Shown in pieces: positions 60,056 to 64,000 of a stretch of 64,000 nt of DNA. The notes under the pieces are model-generated. The model worked only from the letters and a program-made list of their open reading frames with translations, had not been told where the DNA came from and searched no databases. This DNA is from Phycisphaeraceae bacterium. Lineage in GTDB: Bacteria; Planctomycetota; Phycisphaerae; Phycisphaerales; Phycisphaeraceae. Every line of letters begins with the position of its first letter. The stretch's first letter is position 1. The DNA lies in assembly GCA_963674705.1 (NCBI GenBank), contig OY771506.1:1312001-1376000 (forward strand), read 5' to 3'. The translations under genes were made by a program, and so were the position numbers.

Positions 60056-61483
60056 TCAAAGCTTGTCTAAGTAATTGTGCCTGTATTCTGACAGCGCCCG
60101 CACCACACGCGGGGCGAGTAATAGTGTTGTGATCATCGTGGGGAACGCCATCAGGCCGTAGGCTGTGTCGATGAGCATGATCACTTGGTCATGCGGGGCG
60201 GCGGCGCCGAGGATTAAAGTAAAAGCGAACCAGGCGAGGAAGAGCCATTTGCCGATTGTGCCGAGGTTTCCGCGGAAGAGGTAGTTCCAGCATTTGGTGT
60301 TGTAGTTAGCCATGCCGACCATGGTGGAGAAGCCGAAGAGCGCGACGGCGATCGCCAGGCCGTGCGTGCCGTATTGGCCGAGTGTTTGTTCGAAGGCGTA
60401 GTGCGTGAGGACGACGCCCTTCATACTTTGTTGTTCGTCGACGTTGGTGCTGACGAGGATGACCAGGGCGGTCATCGTGCAGACTATCAACGTGTCGATC
60501 ATGGGTCCGAGCATGGCGACGAGGCCCTCGCTGACGGGCTCGGTGGTTTTAGCGTTGGAGTGTGCCATGGGCGCGGTGCCTACACCCGCTTCGTTGCTGA
60601 ATGCGGCGCGTTTCACGCCGGTGACGAGTACGGCGATGAACGCGCCTTGTGCACCGCCGTACATCGCATCGGGTGAGAAAGCTTCGGTGAAGATACTGGC
60701 AAACGCCGTGGGTACAGTATCGAGACGTAGCGCGATCACCACAAGCGCCGCGACCACGTAGAACACGCACATCAACGGCACCATCGCGCTGGTCCACTTT
60801 GCCAGGCGTTTTATCCCACCGAGCAGGACGTAGGTGATGAGAGCGGCACAGACGATACCCATGATGAGCCGGTCGCGCGGGATATTGCCGAGGATGTAGG
60901 TCGTGTTTTCTTCGTTGTAACCGAGCCAGGAGTTGTGAAAGAAGCTGACGGTTTGGTTGGCGGTGTAGAGAGCGGTGGTGCCGATCATGCCGCAGAGGGC
61001 AAAGAAGATCGCGAGCGGTTTGAAGTAGTGAGGCAGCGCATTGTCGATGACGTACATCGGCCCGCCCTGGACTTCGCCGCTGTGGTCTTTACCGCGGTAC
61101 ATCACGGCCAATGAACACTCGAAGAACTTGGTGTTCATCCCGATGAAAGCGGCGACCCACATCCAGAAGATCGCGCCGGGTCCGCCTTGCGTGATGGCGA
61201 CGGCGACGCCGGCGATGTTGCCCAATCCCACGGTCGCCGCCAGCGCGTTACAGAGTGCTTTGAAGTGGCTGATCTGACCGGGGTCGTCCGCGTCGCCGGG
61301 GTGATGGTATTGACCGAGCGTCAGCTTGAGTGCATGGGTGAATCCGGTGAATGGCAGGAAGCGTGAAAACGCCAGCAGCACCAGCCCCCCACCGATCAGC
61401 AGGATGACCAACGGCATGCCCCATGCGAGGTCGTTGAGGATGGTGTTCAGGTCCGAAAGTGCTTTGCCCAATCGCGCTAACAT
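60056..61483 (-). CDS. Alanine/glycine:cation symporter (AGCS)
   Basis: GLGNIAGVA, GGPGAIFWMW, GGPMY, FSNEAGVG, DTLIVCT. Confidence 0.93.
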   Translation of the reverse strand: MLARLGKALSDLNTILNDLAWGMPLVILLIGGGLVLLAFSRFLPFTGFTHALKLTLGQYHHPGDADDPGQISHFKALCNALAATVGLGNIAGVAVAITQGGPGAIFWMWVAAFIGMNTKFFECSLAVMYRGKDHSGEVQGGPMYVIDNALPHYFKPLAIFFALCGMIGTTALYTANQTVSFFHNSWLGYNEENTTYILGNIPRDRLIMGIVCAALITYVLLGGIKRLAKWTSAMVPLMCVFYVVAALVVIALRLDTVPTAFASIFTEAFSPDAMYGGAQGAFIAVLVTGVKRAAFSNEAGVGTAPMAHSNAKTTEPVSEGLVAMLGPMIDTLIVCTMTALVILVSTNVDEQQSMKGVVLTHYAFEQTLGQYGTHGLAIAVALFGFSTMVGMANYNTKCWNYLFRGNLGTIGKWLFLAWFAFTLILGAAAPHDQVIMLIDTAYGLMAFPTMITTLLLAPRVVRALSEYRHNYLDKL

Positions 61484-61642
61484 ATCAGCGTTATTGACAA
61501 CTTCGACTTTCGCAATGTGTATCAGCAAAATAACACCCTCAGTGCCAAGATGAAGACGGCACAAGAGAACGTTAACGGGTGATAAGAGTGATAGCAACCG
61601 AGCGGTCAGTCCTGCGACAAGGTTGTCATGTGGTTGAGCAGA

Positions 61643-62866
61643 TCAACCCCCGGCGACGACCCTGCCGACGCTGAAGATCGGCAGTAGCAGCGCGATGGCG
61701 ACGAAGCCGATGATCAAACCCATGGCAGCGGTCATGACCGGCTCGATCAGGCTGGTGGTGCTCTTGATCTGCTCGTCGAAGTCCTTCTCGGTGAAGTCGG
61801 CGATGCGTTCCATGACGTCGCCGATGCGCCCGGAGCGTTCGCCGGAGTACACCATCTGCGCGACCGAGCGCGGGATCAACGGGGAATCGAACAGCGAGTC
61901 CGACAACTGCGCCCCCTGCCGAAGCCGGGTGTCGGCATCGGTCCAGAGGTCTTCGTAGAGCGAGTTGTTTGTCACCTCCCGGACGATCTCGATCATGTCG
62001 AGGATCGGCACGCCGGCGGAGACCATCGTTCCCATCGTGCGGCAGCCGCGCGTCAGGTAGAGCTTGTTAAACAGCGGCCCGATGATCGGCGCGTGCAGTT
62101 TTAAGTAATCCAGGAAGCGTTGCCCGCCGGGCGTTCCGGCAAAGAAGTAGGTGCCCGCCACGGCCATGATGATCGCGCCGAGCCACATGTGCCATTGCGT
62201 CAGCAGGCTGTTGCTGAGCCCGAGCAGGATCTGCGTCGGCATGGGTAATGCCGTCCCGCGTGACTGGTAGATCCCGGCGAAGCGCGGCAGTACAAAGATC
62301 AGTAGGAACGTTGTGACAACAATCACCATCCCGAGCATGAACGCGGGATAGGTCAGTGCACCGCGGATCTTCTTTGCGGTCTGCATTTCCTTGGATAAGT
62401 ATCCTGACACGCGCTCGAGCATCCGCCCCATGGTCCCGGAGACTTCGCTGGCGCGGATCAGGCTGGTCATCACGGGCGGGAATACCTTGCTGTGCGCTCG
62501 CAGCGCGCCTGACAGGTCGTTGCCGGCCTGCACCTGGTCGCTGATATCCTTGAGTATCATCCGGAAGGCTTCGTTCTCGCTCTGCTGTGCGACACATTCC
62601 AATGCTTCGGAGATCGGCACACCCGTGTCGACCATGACCGCGAGCTGGTGCGAGAACGTAATCACTTCCGACCGCCGTATTTTACCGCCGGACTTTGCCG
62701 GACTCTTGTTCTGGGAAGCGGCCACTTCCTTCGTCTTTTCGATCGAGACGACGAACTTGCCGTCATTGCGCAGCAGACGACCGGCCTCTTCAACGTCGGC
62801 CGCGCTGAGCACGCCGGTGATCAGCTCGCCCCGGCCATCCCTCGCTTTGTACTTGAACTTCGCCAT
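61643..62866 (-). CDS. pilC: Type IV pilus/T2SS inner membrane platform protein
   Basis: FKYKARD, ALTYP, GERSG, IEP, LLPIF. Confidence 0.9.
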   Translation of the reverse strand: MAKFKYKARDGRGELITGVLSAADVEEAGRLLRNDGKFVVSIEKTKEVAASQNKSPAKSGGKIRRSEVITFSHQLAVMVDTGVPISEALECVAQQSENEAFRMILKDISDQVQAGNDLSGALRAHSKVFPPVMTSLIRASEVSGTMGRMLERVSGYLSKEMQTAKKIRGALTYPAFMLGMVIVVTTFLLIFVLPRFAGIYQSRGTALPMPTQILLGLSNSLLTQWHMWLGAIIMAVAGTYFFAGTPGGQRFLDYLKLHAPIIGPLFNKLYLTRGCRTMGTMVSAGVPILDMIEIVREVTNNSLYEDLWTDADTRLRQGAQLSDSLFDSPLIPRSVAQMVYSGERSGRIGDVMERIADFTEKDFDEQIKSTTSLIEPVMTAAMGLIIGFVAIALLLPIFSVGRVVAGG

Positions 62867-62897
62867 GTATCCCTGGGTCCGTACTGCTTGGATTCGC

Positions 62898-64000
62898 TTA
62901 TTGCGATGTTGCGGCGATCAATTCTTCCAGTGTCGTAATACCGGCCGCAACCTTCTCTAATCCGTCCTGCCTCAATGTTGTGTAGCCCGATTCACGGCCG
63001 ATATTGCGCAACTCCTGAAGGCTTGCGCCCCGTGTGATTGCGTCGAGCGCCTCGTCGTTAGGCTCGAACAATTCGTAGATGCCGGCCCGGCCTGAATGGC
63101 CCGTGTCACGGCAGGCCTTACATCCTTCACCGTGATAGAACGTCTGAATCGCTTGGGCTTGTGGGCCCATGCGTTCGATCGCTCGCTTCTGCGGATCGGT
63201 GAGTTTGACCTCTTCCTTGCATTGCGTGCAGATCCGCCGGACCAGTCGTTGAGCCAGCGCCCCGCGTACACTGGCCGCGACAAGGTACGGTTCGACACCG
63301 ATGTTAAACAGGCGTGTGATGGCGCTTGGCGCATCGTTGGTGTGCAAGGTCGAGAGGACCAGGTGGCCGGTGAGCGCGGCCTGGGTCGCGATCTTGGCGG
63401 TTTCCTGGTCGCGGATTTCACCGATCATCACGATGTCCGGGTCCTGGCGCAGTAGCGCCCGAAGCGCGCCGGCAAAGCTGAAGCCTGCACGTTCATTGGT
63501 CTGGAACTGGTTGATCCCCGGGATATTCATTTCGACCGGGTCTTCAACGGTACTGATGTTGACCGTTTCGTTATTGATCTGGCGCAGCGCGGCGTACAGC
63601 GTGGTGGATTTACCACTACCGGTCGGGCCGGTGACCAGCACGATGCCGTTCGGCTGGCTGATCATGTTCGTGAACTGCTCGAGCATCGGTGGGCTGAAGC
63701 CGATCTGATGCAGCCCGGTCATGGTGTTGTTCTTGTCGATGATACGGATCACGACCTTTTCGCCGAACTTGCCCGGCATGGTCGAGACGCGCAGATCGAC
63801 CGGGCGTTTACTGATACGGACCGTGATGCCGCCGTCCTGAGGCACGCGGCGCTCGGAGATATCGAGCTTGGCCATGATCTTGATACGGCTGACCACGGCC
63901 GGGAGCATCTTGATCGGTGGGGCCATTTTCTGATAGAGCCGACCGTCCACGCGGTAGCGCACACGAAGCGAGCTGTCATCAGGCTCGATGTGGATGTCGC
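62898..64000 (-). CDS. pilB: Type IV pilus/T2SS assembly ATPase (5' end outside window)
   Basis: RYRVDG, PQDG, GPTGSGKS, LRQDPD, STLHTND, CxxC...CxxC. Confidence 0.92.
   Translation of the reverse strand, partial: DIHIEPDDSSLRVRYRVDGRLYQKMAPPIKMLPAVVSRIKIMAKLDISERRVPQDGGITVRISKRPVDLRVSTMPGKFGEKVVIRIIDKNNTMTGLHQIGFSPPMLEQFTNMISQPNGIVLVTGPTGSGKSTTLYAALRQINNETVNISTVEDPVEMNIPGINQFQTNERAGFSFAGALRALLRQDPDIVMIGEIRDQETAKIATQAALTGHLVLSTLHTNDAPSAITRLFNIGVEPYLVAASVRGALAQRLVRRICTQCKEEVKLTDPQKRAIERMGPQAQAIQTFYHGEGCKACRDTGHSGRAGIYELFEPNDEALDAITRGASLQELRNIGRESGYTTLRQDGLEKVAAGITTLEELIAATSQ

Overview
A GC-rich bacterial chromosome segment, most likely from a planctomycete of the Phycisphaerae. This rests on the LEPRLLLS extracellular motif, PEP-CTERM proteins and GFVGLDDLD dockerin-like repeats. 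Core genes include hemC, tpiA-secG-yicC, ruvC, a parC/parE-type topoisomerase pair split by a YhcH gene, pilB/pilC, a Zn/Mn ABC transporter, and a nonulosonic-acid glycosylation cluster (Maf, degenerate radical-SAM/SPASM protein, NeuA, NeuC). I see no rRNA, tRNA, CRISPR array or reverse transcriptase. Two non-coding signals stand out. (i) There are several families of palindromic REP/REPIN-like repeats plus a RAYT HUH transposase. One REP doublet appears to enclose a whole gene (20228-21243), one sits in frame in a signal peptide (7388-7507), and composite direct repeats separate unrelated single genes like cassettes (22276-24876). (ii) An 860-bp intergenic region holds two convergent, promoter- and terminator-bounded structured RNA candidates of about 155 nt, one of them GGA-rich. 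All family assignments come from recognising motifs by eye; no database searches were run.
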